Part shown: one piece after another, positions 36,697-46,501 of the stretch | Numbering within the stretch: the stretch's first letter is position 1 | How the letters are laid out: the number at the start of each line of letters is the position of its first letter | From: Bacteroidota bacterium | GTDB taxonomy: Bacteria > Bacteroidota > Bacteroidia > Bacteroidales > CAIWKO01 | Assembly (NCBI GenBank): GCA_037133915.1 | Contig: JBAXND010000005.1 | Coordinates: forward strand, 488 to 64,487 | Reading direction: 5' to 3' | DNA: 64,000 bases | The notes under the pieces: model-generated | The model's input: only the letters and a program-made list of their open reading frames with translations | What the model was told of the DNA's origin: nothing | The model's database searches: none | Position numbers and translations under genes: made by a program

Positions 36697-38238
36697 ATGC
36701 CTGTATTAGGATCGATAATTAAAAGCGCCATTGACCTCAGAGGGAAAGTGCCGAAAGGGATTACCAAGTTTAATCCCTACCGGGCACAAAAAAGAACCTT
36801 GAAGCGTTTGTTGCGCAAAGCACAGCTTACATCTTTCGGCGAATATTATGGTTTTTCGGACATGCTTCGCGAAAAAGATCCGGTGGCTGCTTTCATGGAA
36901 AAAGTTCCCATCCATGATTATAATCTGATGCATAAAAACTGGTGGTATCGTTCATTGAACGGAGAACCCTATGTTAGCTGGCCCGGAAAAATTAAATACT
37001 TTGCCCTCAGTTCAGGTACATCAGAAGCCTCCAGTAAATACATTCCCGTTACAAGCGATATGCTGCGGGCTATCAAAAAAACCAGTACTCGTCAGCTATT
37101 TTCACTCGGGCAGTATGATTTTCCCGAAGAGTTTTTTGAAAAAGGAATTCTTATGCTTGGCGGAAGTACCCATCTTCAATACAACGGCACGTATTATGAA
37201 GGCGACCTTTCGGGAATAACAACCGGTAATATTCCTTTTTGGTTTCAGCATTATTATAAGCCGGGCAAACGTATATCTAAAGAACGCGACTGGCCCACCA
37301 AACTCGAGGAAATCGTTAAAAAAGCACCGGAATGGGATATTGGCGTTATTGTTGGAGTTCCGGCCTGGCTTCAGATTTTACTCGAAAAAATAATTGAACG
37401 ATACAATCTCAAAACCATACACGACATTTGGCCGAACCTATCAATGTTTGTCCATGGTGGCGTTTCATTCAGCCCATATATCAAAGGTTTTGAAAAGCTT
37501 CTTGCAAAACCCATTGCTTACATAGAAACGTATCTTGCTTCCGAAGGATATATTGCCTATCAGGCGAGTGCAGATACAAGCTCGATGCAGCTTGTACTGA
37601 ATAACGGATTGTTTTTCGAATTCATCCCGTTCAACGAAGAAAATTTTGATGCGAACGGCAATCCGGTACCTAATCTCAAAACCCTTACCATTAAGGAAAT
37701 TGAAGAAGGACGTGAATATGCGTTGCTTCTATCAAGTTGTGCCGGAGCATGGCGTTACCTTATCGGTGATACTATAAAATTCACCTCAAAAGAGAAGTAC
37801 GAGATCGTAATTACCGGACGCACCAAGCATTTCCTGAGTATGTGCGGCGAACACCTTTCGCTTGATAATCTGAATCGTGCCGTACACATGCTTGAGGAAG
37901 AATTTGATGTTGAAGTGAGAGAATTCACCGTCAGTGGAATCCGCAGCCAGTCAATGTTCGCACATAAATGGTTTTTGGGAATTGACGGAGGTTTTGACCA
38001 GCAGCTGGCGGCCCGCAAAATTGACGAATACTTAAAAATACTCAACGACGATTATCGCGTTGAACGTCTCGAGGCAATCAGAGAAATTCAGATGAATATT
38101 GTTCCCTTGTGTCATTTTTACGAATGGATGAGAGAACGTGGTAAAGAAGGTGCACAGAGCAAATTTCCCCGCGTTTTAAAGCCCGAGCAACTGGAAGAGT
38201 GGGAAATTTTTTTAGAAAAAGCATGCGGAGAAAAATAA
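36697..38238 (+). CDS. GH3 (auxin-responsive-promoter) family protein, a predicted acyl-acid amido synthetase / adenylating enzyme
   Basis: 513 aa. The N-terminal nucleotide motif FALSSGTSEASSKYIPVT, plus YLASEGYIAYQ and ITGRTKHFL; overall similar to bacterial GH3 homologs. Confidence 0.75.
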   Translation: MPVLGSIIKSAIDLRGKVPKGITKFNPYRAQKRTLKRLLRKAQLTSFGEYYGFSDMLREKDPVAAFMEKVPIHDYNLMHKNWWYRSLNGEPYVSWPGKIKYFALSSGTSEASSKYIPVTSDMLRAIKKTSTRQLFSLGQYDFPEEFFEKGILMLGGSTHLQYNGTYYEGDLSGITTGNIPFWFQHYYKPGKRISKERDWPTKLEEIVKKAPEWDIGVIVGVPAWLQILLEKIIERYNLKTIHDIWPNLSMFVHGGVSFSPYIKGFEKLLAKPIAYIETYLASEGYIAYQASADTSSMQLVLNNGLFFEFIPFNEENFDANGNPVPNLKTLTIKEIEEGREYALLLSSCAGAWRYLIGDTIKFTSKEKYEIVITGRTKHFLSMCGEHLSLDNLNRAVHMLEEEFDVEVREFTVSGIRSQSMFAHKWFLGIDGGFDQQLAARKIDEYLKILNDDYRVERLEAIREIQMNIVPLCHFYEWMRERGKEGAQSKFPRVLKPEQLEEWEIFLEKACGEK

Positions 38239-38242
38239 TACA

Positions 38243-38887
38243 ATGATTCACATACTCCTAAGCGGAATATTTTTAGGTCTTACGCTGGCAATAGCCATCG
38301 GCCCGGCCTTCTTTGCACTGTTGCAAACAAGCATTCACAGAGGGTTTAAAAGAGGAATGTTTTTAGCCTTCGGAATATTTTTCAGCGATCTTACACTGGT
38401 TGCATTATGTTACTTCGGAATATCTCAATTTATTACTGAGCCGGCAAACCAAACTTTGTTCGGAATCATTGGCGGAGCGATTCTTATAGGCTATGGCATC
38501 TGGACGTTCCGTAAAAAAACAAAAATTGAAAAGGTAGACGATGAGTCTGACGACAGAAATATTCCTGCTCAAAAACAGCCCGGACTCATTACCTATGTTG
38601 TAAAAGGTTACTTGCTGAACCTTGCAAACCCATTCCTGCTTATTTTCTGGATGAGTGTTGTGGGCGTGGTGAGTGCAACCTACGGCACGCGCTCGCCCCA
38701 GCTTTTCGTGTTTTTTACCGGAACCCTGGCCACGGTAATTGCTACCGACCTTCTGAAATGCTTTGTTGCCAATACGCTGAAACGCTTTATTAAACCCAAA
38801 GTGCTTTCATTTATAAATCATCTGCTGGGAATCGTACTGATAGGCTGCGGTATGTATCTTATTCTTCAGGTGCTCATGGAACTCTAA
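38243..38887 (+). CDS. LysE/RhtB-family amino-acid exporter
   Basis: 214 aa with 6 TM helices and an N-terminal GIFLGLTLAIAIGPAFFAL motif. It starts 4 nt after the GH3-family stop codon. Confidence 0.8.
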   Translation: MIHILLSGIFLGLTLAIAIGPAFFALLQTSIHRGFKRGMFLAFGIFFSDLTLVALCYFGISQFITEPANQTLFGIIGGAILIGYGIWTFRKKTKIEKVDDESDDRNIPAQKQPGLITYVVKGYLLNLANPFLLIFWMSVVGVVSATYGTRSPQLFVFFTGTLATVIATDLLKCFVANTLKRFIKPKVLSFINHLLGIVLIGCGMYLILQVLMEL

Positions 38888-39618
38888 GGAGTTAATCCAG
38901 CCGATTTTTTCTTAATGTTTCTTACAATCACCAAAATAATGGCAGCAAGGTGCATTGCTTCGCCTGTAATAAATATATACCAGTTAAACCATTGTGGAAT
39001 AAATGTGGTTCCGTACTTTATAAGGCTTTCGCTTGACGAAACACCCCATAATTCGGAAAACGGAAAACGTTGCAGCATATAGCGCGTGTACTCTTCCGTA
39101 TACGATATTATTACAACCAAAGAACCCAGAATCAGCAGCACCCACACCCACATTCCGGTTTTAACTGTGCCGGTATCCGCTGAACTTTTTACAATGACCA
39201 TTGCGAGCAATATCATTGTGAGAGAATTGATAACAGGCGCAATAACCGGTCCTGCCCAGGTTACCGGGACCAAAAACAGTACATCCCACGTTAGTAATGA
39301 GGCAGGCCAACCAAGTAGTAATTTCAAAAAAACGTAGTAAAAAAGATCCCATACGGCAAACGAAAAAATAAACCATGCAAAGCGCTCAATATTCTTTTTC
39401 GCTGCCAGTATTCCAATACCCGCAAGCATTATTATAGTTGCTATTTCACGAAAAAATTCTGTAATGGCAATGGGGTAATCAATCATCTTTAGCGGAAAAC
39501 TGAAACCTTCCGGATAATAGAGTTTCCGAAGATAAACAACAATAGAACTTTCGAGATATGCCATGGCAATTGCCAGAACAGAGACCCATATCAGGGTTTG
39601 AACGTTTCGGTTTTTCAT
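38884..39618 (-). CDS. Hypothetical polytopic membrane protein
   Basis: 244 aa with about 7 hydrophobic helices. No recognisable motif. Confidence 0.55.
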   Translation of the reverse strand: MKNRNVQTLIWVSVLAIAMAYLESSIVVYLRKLYYPEGFSFPLKMIDYPIAITEFFREIATIIMLAGIGILAAKKNIERFAWFIFSFAVWDLFYYVFLKLLLGWPASLLTWDVLFLVPVTWAGPVIAPVINSLTMILLAMVIVKSSADTGTVKTGMWVWVLLILGSLVVIISYTEEYTRYMLQRFPFSELWGVSSSESLIKYGTTFIPQWFNWYIFITGEAMHLAAIILVIVRNIKKKSAGLTP

Positions 39619-39643
39619 GATACAACAGCTAAATATGGTTGGG

Positions 39644-39677
39644 AAAAAAGTTGGGGCACAAAATTCAGTGCCCCAAC
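39644..39677 (-). terminator. Rho-independent terminator closing the wHTH / membrane-LRR operon
   Basis: The minus strand reads GTTGGGGCAC-TGAATTTT-GTGCCCCAAC-TTTTTT, a perfect 10-bp GC-rich stem plus a T6 run, 12 nt after the stop of the 147-aa gene. Confidence 0.8.
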
Positions 39678-39689
39678 AAGTCGATACTC

Positions 39690-40133
39690 TTAAATCTTGT
39701 GAGAATACTGATAAATATTTCTGCTGAAAAAGATAGCCCCACTATACGCAAAAAGATAGCCACATATAATGTTGATGAGCATCAGCGGTTCTGTAAAATC
39801 GCGTAAAGAAATTGAAATAAATATCAGAAATACGATGAGTGAAACGAGCAGCATTGAAAACGGAATCAGCATTCTGAAGATACTATACCAGTCATTGTCT
39901 GGAATATGCTTTTTCAGGATGTAATATCCCGGAAGAAGGAACGCTACTACGTAAACCAGTACCGTCGGCGGATACAGAAAAATAGTCAGGAAAAATGCTG
40001 CAAGGTAGGTCTCACCACGGTCGGCATGGATAATGTCATTGGATAATAGCATCAATAACCAGAAACTTATGAGTACAACCGCCGTTGTTTTTAGAAACGC
40101 GAACAGGCATGCAAGAAAAACATTGGTTTTCAT
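39690..40133 (-). CDS. Hypothetical 4-TM membrane protein
   Basis: 147 aa with four hydrophobic segments. It is the last gene before the terminator. Confidence 0.5.
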   Translation of the reverse strand: MKTNVFLACLFAFLKTTAVVLISFWLLMLLSNDIIHADRGETYLAAFFLTIFLYPPTVLVYVVAFLLPGYYILKKHIPDNDWYSIFRMLIPFSMLLVSLIVFLIFISISLRDFTEPLMLINIICGYLFAYSGAIFFSRNIYQYSHKI

Positions 40134-40174
40134 ATCTGTCAGTTTTTTATTGGATATTTTTGTTTTTCCTGATA

Positions 40175-42949
40175 CTAAAACCTGAATTTACCCTGCACAT
40201 TGCGTGCGCTCACCAGTGTATTGGGTAATTGATCTTTGAGCTTGCCCAGGTCATCTTTAGAAATATCAGATACCTGAAGTTCTTTCAAGCCTTTCAACCC
40301 GTACAGCGGACTGTAATCACTGATGGGGTTGTTTGAAATATCAAGTCTTTCCAATTGTTGCATCTTTGCCAATTCGGAAATATCGAAAATTTGATTGGCG
40401 GAAATGTTCAGATATCGAAGATTTTTCAACGCTGAAATTCCTCGGATATCGGTAATGCGGTTTCCGGTTACTTTTATTTCTTCGAGATTCATAAACGCGA
40501 ATAGTACTTTTATTGATGCAAGCGTATTCCCCGTGAGATTGATGTATTTCAGGTTTGTCATGGGCTTCAGCGAATCAATGTTCTGTACACCAATATTGGC
40601 AGCATCAAGCCGCTGCAACATAGTAAGCCTGTTCAGCGGTTCTATTGTATTTACTGTGTTTTCCGAAATATCGAGCGATTTTAATCCGCCGAAGTAGCGC
40701 AGTGGTTCCAGTTCATAAATGGTATTCGATGCAATATTCAAATCTTCGATTTTCTCGAACAGCGGTTTGATAACCTCCGGCTCTTTGGCTCCCCAGAAGC
40801 TCACCACACTCTGGTAATAATTCGTGAGTATGTAAAGTGAATGAAGACTGTTGTTGGCAATATTCAGTTTCTTCAAATTTTTGAAGTCTTTGAATTTGGT
40901 GATAAGTATTGCATCTGAGCTGCTCAAACTGTTATTAGAGATATCCATTTCCTCAAGATTTCCGAGCACGGGCAAAGACGTAAAATCCTTGTTTTTTTGA
41001 GCGCTGATGTTGAGTTTTTTGAGCGAAGTAAGTTTGCCTATAGTTGAATAATCATGGATTTCGTTGCTGGCGATATTGAGTTCCGTCAATTTCTTGAAGC
41101 CGGCAAGTGGCTTAAGGTCAACATTGTCAGAATTGTTTGCAATGTCTAACAGTTCAAGATCTTTTAAAATATTCACCGGTTTAAAATCTCGAACGTTGTT
41201 GTTGTTAAGATGGAGCTCTTTCAACGCCCTCATTTTCGGCAATCCGTCAAGGGTATAAATTCCGTTATTCGAAAGATATAAAACCTGCAGTTTGTCAAAA
41301 TTACCCAGATCTTCAAAATTATGAATGCTGTTGCTCGAAAGATCCATGTATTCGACATTTCTTAACCGCGCCAACGGTGCCAGAGAGTCTATGGATATCC
41401 CGCGAAGGAGCAGCTTTTTCAAACTCCCGTCATCACTCATCGCATAGATTTTATCCGCGGCATTTTTATCGGCCCAGCACCACGATTTCCATTTTTTGCG
41501 ATCCCAGCGTTTCAGAAAATCAAACATACGCTCATGAAGCTGTGCCGTATAATTCCCTTTCTTGTCGGTATAATCACCGTAATAGCTGTGATCATAATCA
41601 TAGGAATCCACATAGGTGTCTTCTATTACCGGCTCAAAATCGCGTTCGTCTGATGGAAGCGCAAGCAGATAGGGGATATTTGCCGGAGACATCATATCTA
41701 CCAGATAATACTTGTCAAGTTTTTCAGATTTATTGATGTTGAAACGGGTTATAACAAGGTCCCAGTTGAAGCAGGCAAATAATATCAGTACACCAAAAAA
41801 TGCCCAGCCATTTTTGCGCCACAAATACCAGTTTCCTTTATGCTGTGCCACTTTGATAGCGACCGTGGCAAGCCCGATAAGTGTGAGGAGCAGCCATACA
41901 AAAACGCCAATTCTTTTATACGTGAGATAGTATTCATTGATGTAAAGCAGGTTGCGGTAGGCTGTAGAAATTACAACAAAAGCGTTTTGTGCAATCCATA
42001 GATAGACCAGTATTTTCAATGGTCTGCTTTTTTCATAAAAGTTTAAAAATCCACGGAAATAAAACAGCATGACGAAAATTGCCAGCAGAATGGCAACAAT
42101 CAGTGTCCCGGCGCCCTGATGAACGTAATCGGCGTACGTCATACCGTCGGGAAGCTGTTTGGTTATCCACATATATACAACATCCAGGCTGTTTACAATA
42201 AGTAAAAGCACATTCAGCAAAGCTATCAGAACTACGCCCGAACCGGCTTCTGTGCCCGGGTTAATGCTGCGGCCGAACAGTCTGCTGCCTTTTGCCGTCA
42301 CGGCTTCACGGTCCATGGAGTTTGGTGTGGCCGTGTCTTTGCGGTACCAGCCGGGGAAGTTGCGATGATACAGAAATCCATAAACAAGAAGCAACCCAAG
42401 AAGTGTAAACCGAACCCATTCCCACGACAGAAAATCGAGTTTTATTTTACGCGTGAGGTCATGGAACAGGGGGTTGGCATTCTGATACAACAGAAAAAAG
42501 ACAAGCACCACAATAAATATCCCCAGCCCAATGGTGAGCCGCACCCAGAATTTACTGCTTTTACCTGTCGGCGTCTTATCCGATTTTCGCATGATGGCAT
42601 CGGCTATCATAAATCCGACGGATGTTATAAATGAATACATCGCGTAAAGCCCTGCAAGAAAAACTGAAGAGCCGCGACTGATGCTGAATGCCGACATCAA
42701 ACCTAATGATACGATGTTTGCGGCTATGGAAACAGGCGTTCCGTAAAGGGTTACGCAAACACCCGAAACAATTACCGCCGAGGCAGAGGTGTACCAGCTG
42801 CTGTCGCGCAATAGCGTGCGGTCGCGGATGAGCAACATGGCAATCAGAGCCACACCAAACAGCAGGAAATTAATTCCGGCAGACTGATGGTAAAACATCC
42901 AACTGTACATGGCAACGGATAACAGCAGTATCCAATCATTCTTTTTCAT
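40175..42949 (-). CDS. Polytopic membrane domain (DUF4173-like, about 400 aa) fused to a roughly 400-aa internalin-type leucine-rich-repeat domain
   Basis: At least 10 hydrophobic helices in aa 1-400. From about aa 510 there are roughly 17 repeats of the 22-aa LxxLxxLxLxxNxIxDIxxL pattern (for example LRNVEYMDLSSNSIHNFEDLGNF, LKELHLNNNNVRDFKPVNIL, LRYLNISANQIFDISELAKM). Confidence 0.8.
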   Translation of the reverse strand: MKKNDWILLLSVAMYSWMFYHQSAGINFLLFGVALIAMLLIRDRTLLRDSSWYTSASAVIVSGVCVTLYGTPVSIAANIVSLGLMSAFSISRGSSVFLAGLYAMYSFITSVGFMIADAIMRKSDKTPTGKSSKFWVRLTIGLGIFIVVLVFFLLYQNANPLFHDLTRKIKLDFLSWEWVRFTLLGLLLVYGFLYHRNFPGWYRKDTATPNSMDREAVTAKGSRLFGRSINPGTEAGSGVVLIALLNVLLLIVNSLDVVYMWITKQLPDGMTYADYVHQGAGTLIVAILLAIFVMLFYFRGFLNFYEKSRPLKILVYLWIAQNAFVVISTAYRNLLYINEYYLTYKRIGVFVWLLLTLIGLATVAIKVAQHKGNWYLWRKNGWAFFGVLILFACFNWDLVITRFNINKSEKLDKYYLVDMMSPANIPYLLALPSDERDFEPVIEDTYVDSYDYDHSYYGDYTDKKGNYTAQLHERMFDFLKRWDRKKWKSWCWADKNAADKIYAMSDDGSLKKLLLRGISIDSLAPLARLRNVEYMDLSSNSIHNFEDLGNFDKLQVLYLSNNGIYTLDGLPKMRALKELHLNNNNVRDFKPVNILKDLELLDIANNSDNVDLKPLAGFKKLTELNIASNEIHDYSTIGKLTSLKKLNISAQKNKDFTSLPVLGNLEEMDISNNSLSSSDAILITKFKDFKNLKKLNIANNSLHSLYILTNYYQSVVSFWGAKEPEVIKPLFEKIEDLNIASNTIYELEPLRYFGGLKSLDISENTVNTIEPLNRLTMLQRLDAANIGVQNIDSLKPMTNLKYINLTGNTLASIKVLFAFMNLEEIKVTGNRITDIRGISALKNLRYLNISANQIFDISELAKMQQLERLDISNNPISDYSPLYGLKGLKELQVSDISKDDLGKLKDQLPNTLVSARNVQGKFRF

Positions 42950-43019
42950 GTGTTATGTGTTTTGGTTTATGACTAATCCCGATTTAATATTTCTTTATAA
43001 GTTTCAAATAATAAAGTAA

Positions 43020-43349
43020 TCAACCCTGATCAAGTATATTTCTGAATGCATCGCGCCGTATCAATGATTCCAGTGAATTCAGATGCTCGTTAAACGCTTT
43101 TTTCCCCTGATGTGTAATTGAATAACTTGTATTCGGTTTTTTTCCTACAAATTGCTTCGACACCTTTACATATTCGGCCTTTTCAAGCGCAGACAAATGG
43201 CTGGACAGATTGCCGTCGGTGGCGCCCAGCATAGACTTCATGGCGTTGAAATCTACCTTATCGGCAACCATCAGCATCGACATAACGCCAAGCCTGAGCC
43301 TGTTCTCAAATACCTTATTCAGGTTGTTTATGTTAAATTCCTTCAGCAT
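43020..43349 (-). CDS. Small winged-helix transcriptional regulator
   Basis: I prefer the start at 43349 (MLKEFNINNLNKVFENRLRLGVMSML...), whose ATG overlaps the upstream stop (ATGCTGA). ...TDGNLSSHLSALEKAEYVKVSKQFVGKKPNTSYSITHQGKKAF is a wHTH recognition helix plus wing. Confidence 0.75.
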   Translation of the reverse strand: MLKEFNINNLNKVFENRLRLGVMSMLMVADKVDFNAMKSMLGATDGNLSSHLSALEKAEYVKVSKQFVGKKPNTSYSITHQGKKAFNEHLNSLESLIRRDAFRNILDQG

Positions 43350-43981
43350 TTTTCGTACTTGTAAAACATCAGGGTGCCGTAAATAATATGCATCACACCA
43401 AATCCTGCCGCCCAAAACAGCAGCCCGTAGCCGGGTATGGTGCATGCAATAAGCCCAAGCCCAATTTCAAATCCGCCTAAATAACGTATATCGCGAAGCG
43501 TGTATTTCCCGGCGTTAATCAGTGCCAGTCCATAAAAAATAAGGGTTGCGGGTGCTACCAGAAAAATTACATTATAAAATACAAGTACTACACAAAACAG
43601 CCCCCCGGCAATCAACGGTATGAATAGGTTCAGTAACATCATTTTGGTTGCTCGCCCCCATACCTGTTCGTCTTTGCGACGGGCATTGCGCATCGTAAAG
43701 TAGATACCACAGCCTAACGCCAGAAACAAAACAGATAGGGCGTCGGCTAAAAAGAACACAAGAAACGATCCGTTATAACTGCTGCCCGAGTAGGCACTGC
43801 TATAGTAATTGTCAGATAATAGTCCAAGATCGAGGTACAGATATGCAGCCGCGGCGCCCAGTAAGGCAAAAATTCCCGCAAAAATTCCTGTGAGTCCGCT
43901 CAACGATAGAAATCTGGTTGAATGCTGCATCAGGTTTTTTATCTCATTAAGAGTATCTAAATGCTCCTTTTCGCTGTTCAT
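43343..43981 (-). CDS. Hypothetical 5-TM membrane protein, first gene of the wHTH operon
   Basis: 212 aa with a cytoplasmic N-terminal helix followed by about 5 TM helices. It is translationally coupled to the regulator. Confidence 0.6.
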   Translation of the reverse strand: MNSEKEHLDTLNEIKNLMQHSTRFLSLSGLTGIFAGIFALLGAAAAYLYLDLGLLSDNYYSSAYSGSSYNGSFLVFFLADALSVLFLALGCGIYFTMRNARRKDEQVWGRATKMMLLNLFIPLIAGGLFCVVLVFYNVIFLVAPATLIFYGLALINAGKYTLRDIRYLGGFEIGLGLIACTIPGYGLLFWAAGFGVMHIIYGTLMFYKYEKC

Positions 43982-44001
43982 TTTATTTTGTATTAAAAAG
44001 T

Positions 44002-44020
44002 ACTTTGTGGTGCAAAGTTA
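44002..44020 (-). promoter_or_regulatory. -7 box (TAACTTTG) embedded in the palindrome ACTTTG-N5-CAAAGT, a candidate autoregulatory operator
   Basis: The minus strand reads TAACTTTGCACCACAAAGT, 32 nt upstream of the ATG at 43981. Confidence 0.4.
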
Positions 44021-44127
44021 ATAGGGAAAAATGAAAAGTCAAGTTTTTTAACAAATATTTTGAATCAGAAATGGGTTATTAATGGGATATTATACTGATA
44101 TTGTTATCGTTGTGCAACGATTGCAAC

Positions 44128-45492
44128 TTAGCCAAACAACAGTGTGAACATATCAGAGAGTTTGCCGAGCGGCACTACTTTTATTTTATAGTTGTTCTTT
44201 TCTATCGAAGAGAAGTTGTATCGTGAGATATAAATTGTGTCGAAGCCGAGTTTCTCTGCTTCGCCTATGCGTTGCTCAATACGGTGTACCGGACGTATTT
44301 CGCCCGAAAGTCCAACTTCTGCTGCAAAGCATGATTTCATATCTACGGGAATATCTTCAGCTGAAGAAAGTACGGCAGCCACCAGTGCAAGGTCAATGGC
44401 TGGGTCGTCAACACGAAGCCCTCCGGCAATATTCAGGAAAACATCTTTTGCGCCAAGCCTGAAACCGCATCTTTTTTCAAGTACGGCAAGAAGCATATTC
44501 ATCCGGCGCAGGTCAAAACCGGTTGATGAGCGCTGCGGAGTTCCATAAGCAGCAGAACTTACCAGCGCCTGCACTTCTATAAGCATGGGCCGCAAACCTT
44601 CAATGGCGGCTGAAACAGCTACGCCGCTTATGTTTTCATCATGCTGGGAGATGAGTATCTCCGACGGATTTGAAACTTCGCGCAAGCCACTGTTCTGCAT
44701 CTCAAAAATACCCATTTCGCTGGTGCTGCCAAATCTGTTTTTAACTGCGCGCAGTATCCTGTAAACATGGTTTCGTTCACCTTCGAATTGCAAAACTGTA
44801 TCAACCATATGCTCCAGCAGCTTGGGTCCGGCAATGGTTCCGTCTTTTGTAATATGCCCGATCAGAAATACCGGAACAGCACTTTGTTTGGAGTAACGCT
44901 GAAATTCGGCCGCACATTCGCGTATCTGCGAAATACTGCCTGCCGACGAATCAATAGAAGATGTTTGTAATGTTTGTATGGAATCAATCACAACGATGCC
45001 CGGTTGTAACTTTTCAATTTCCTGAAAAATATTTTGTGTTGAAGTTTCCGCCAGAACGTAGCAATTTTCATTTATAATTCCAACGCGTTCGGCTCTCATT
45101 TTTATCTGTTGCTCACTTTCTTCGCCTGAAATATACAGCACTTTACAATCGTGGAGTCCAAGCGCTACCTGCAGCATCAGAGTCGATTTCCCGATTCCGG
45201 GTTCACCGCCGATCAGAACAAGTGAACCGGGAACAATACCATCGCCCAGAACGCGGTTCAATTCTGCGTTATGTGTATCAATTCGCTGGAGTGTTTCAAT
45301 GTCTATATCCCGGATAAGCCTGGCATGAGGCGTTTCATTTGCACGGGTATAGTTTTTGCCGGAAGCAGAAGGCTTTTTAACAACCTCTTCTACGTAGGTG
45401 TTCCATTCGCCGCAGGAATTGCAATGTCCTATCCATTTTGCCGACTGCGCTCCGCAGTTTTGGCAAAAGAATACGGTTTTTTCTTTAGACAT
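44128..45492 (-). CDS. radA: DNA repair protein RadA/Sms
   Basis: An N-terminal Zn ribbon CQNCGAQSAKWIGHCNSCGEW, Walker A GGEPGIGKST, the KNRFG motif and a Lon-like C-terminal domain. Confidence 0.95.
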   Translation of the reverse strand: MSKEKTVFFCQNCGAQSAKWIGHCNSCGEWNTYVEEVVKKPSASGKNYTRANETPHARLIRDIDIETLQRIDTHNAELNRVLGDGIVPGSLVLIGGEPGIGKSTLMLQVALGLHDCKVLYISGEESEQQIKMRAERVGIINENCYVLAETSTQNIFQEIEKLQPGIVVIDSIQTLQTSSIDSSAGSISQIRECAAEFQRYSKQSAVPVFLIGHITKDGTIAGPKLLEHMVDTVLQFEGERNHVYRILRAVKNRFGSTSEMGIFEMQNSGLREVSNPSEILISQHDENISGVAVSAAIEGLRPMLIEVQALVSSAAYGTPQRSSTGFDLRRMNMLLAVLEKRCGFRLGAKDVFLNIAGGLRVDDPAIDLALVAAVLSSAEDIPVDMKSCFAAEVGLSGEIRPVHRIEQRIGEAEKLGFDTIYISRYNFSSIEKNNYKIKVVPLGKLSDMFTLLFG

Positions 45493-45522
45493 TAAAATAA
45501 TGTAATGGGGAAGGTGGAATGC

Positions 45523-45942
45523 TTAGTTGACCTTGGTCATTTCTCTGAAAAGAAGACCGCCAATGTCGTTTACCATCATCAGGTTACTTTCGTCAAGCTT
45601 GGTAATTTGCCATGTTCCGTTAACGTGTTCATATCCTTTTCCGAACCCGACAACATCCACTTTTTTATAAGAATCCATGCTAAACTGACCACGCACATAT
45701 ACTGCAGAATCGAAGCCGTTAAAATGGCGAAGTGTGCCGTAAATAACGCGGTTATCGCCTGTAAACTCCCATGTTTCCCAGTTCACCGTGTCGCTCAAGT
45801 TGGCAACATTGATAACTTTCCACTTACCAATAAGCTTGCCTTCGGTTTTAGATTTGGAACAACCGGAAAGAATAACTGCTGATACAATAACAACTAACAT
45901 GAGGGCAGTTATAACTGCAAAACCTTTTGCTTTCATAAACAA
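45523..45942 (-). CDS. Small lipocalin-like lipoprotein (hypothetical)
   Basis: Lipobox ILSGCSK and the motif KLIGKWKV typical of lipocalin-like / DUF4923-type small beta-barrel proteins. Confidence 0.55.
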   Translation of the reverse strand: MFMKAKGFAVITALMLVVIVSAVILSGCSKSKTEGKLIGKWKVINVANLSDTVNWETWEFTGDNRVIYGTLRHFNGFDSAVYVRGQFSMDSYKKVDVVGFGKGYEHVNGTWQITKLDESNLMMVNDIGGLLFREMTKVN

Positions 45943-46003
45943 TGAGAATTTGATGACAGGGCAAAAATAGGTAAAAAATCACGAATTTCAAAAAAACGGA
46001 TAT

Positions 46004-46501
46004 TTAATTTATACCCTTAATCTTTTTTTCGATATCCGAAGTTGAATATCCATCCACAAAATCAATGGTTTTTATAGTGCCGCCATATGACTTTACAAAG
46101 GGTGCACCAACAATCCGGTCTTCTGTATAGTCGCTTCCTTTTACCAGAATATCCGGTCGAACGGTTTGTATAAGGCTGAGCGGTGTTTCTTCGTCGAATA
46201 AAACAACAATATCAATAAACCTGAGCGATGCCAGTACAAGCGCTCTTGACCGCTCGTCGGTAATCGGACGGTTGTTGCCTTTCAAAGCACGAACCGATGC
46301 GTCTGTATTAAGACCGAGAACCAGAATACTGCCTAAATCAGATGCTTTCGAAAGGTAATCGATATGACCAAGGTGCAGCAAATCGAAACAGCCGTTGGTA
46401 AATACAATTTTTTCGGATTTCAGCCGCCACAAGGCAATTTTTCGCAATAGGGCTTCGTCGTTGCGAAATACCTTATTTTGAATTATTTGAAGCTGTTCCA
46501 T
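46004..46501 (-). CDS. rfaE2: D-glycero-beta-D-manno-heptose-1-phosphate adenylyltransferase-like cytidylyltransferase (RfaE domain II type)
   Basis: 165 aa. FTNGCFDLLHLGHIDYL (the HxGH nucleotidyltransferase motif), then ...VKGSDY. Confidence 0.8.
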   Translation of the reverse strand: MEQLQIIQNKVFRNDEALLRKIALWRLKSEKIVFTNGCFDLLHLGHIDYLSKASDLGSILVLGLNTDASVRALKGNNRPITDERSRALVLASLRFIDIVVLFDEETPLSLIQTVRPDILVKGSDYTEDRIVGAPFVKSYGGTIKTIDFVDGYSTSDIEKKIKGIN

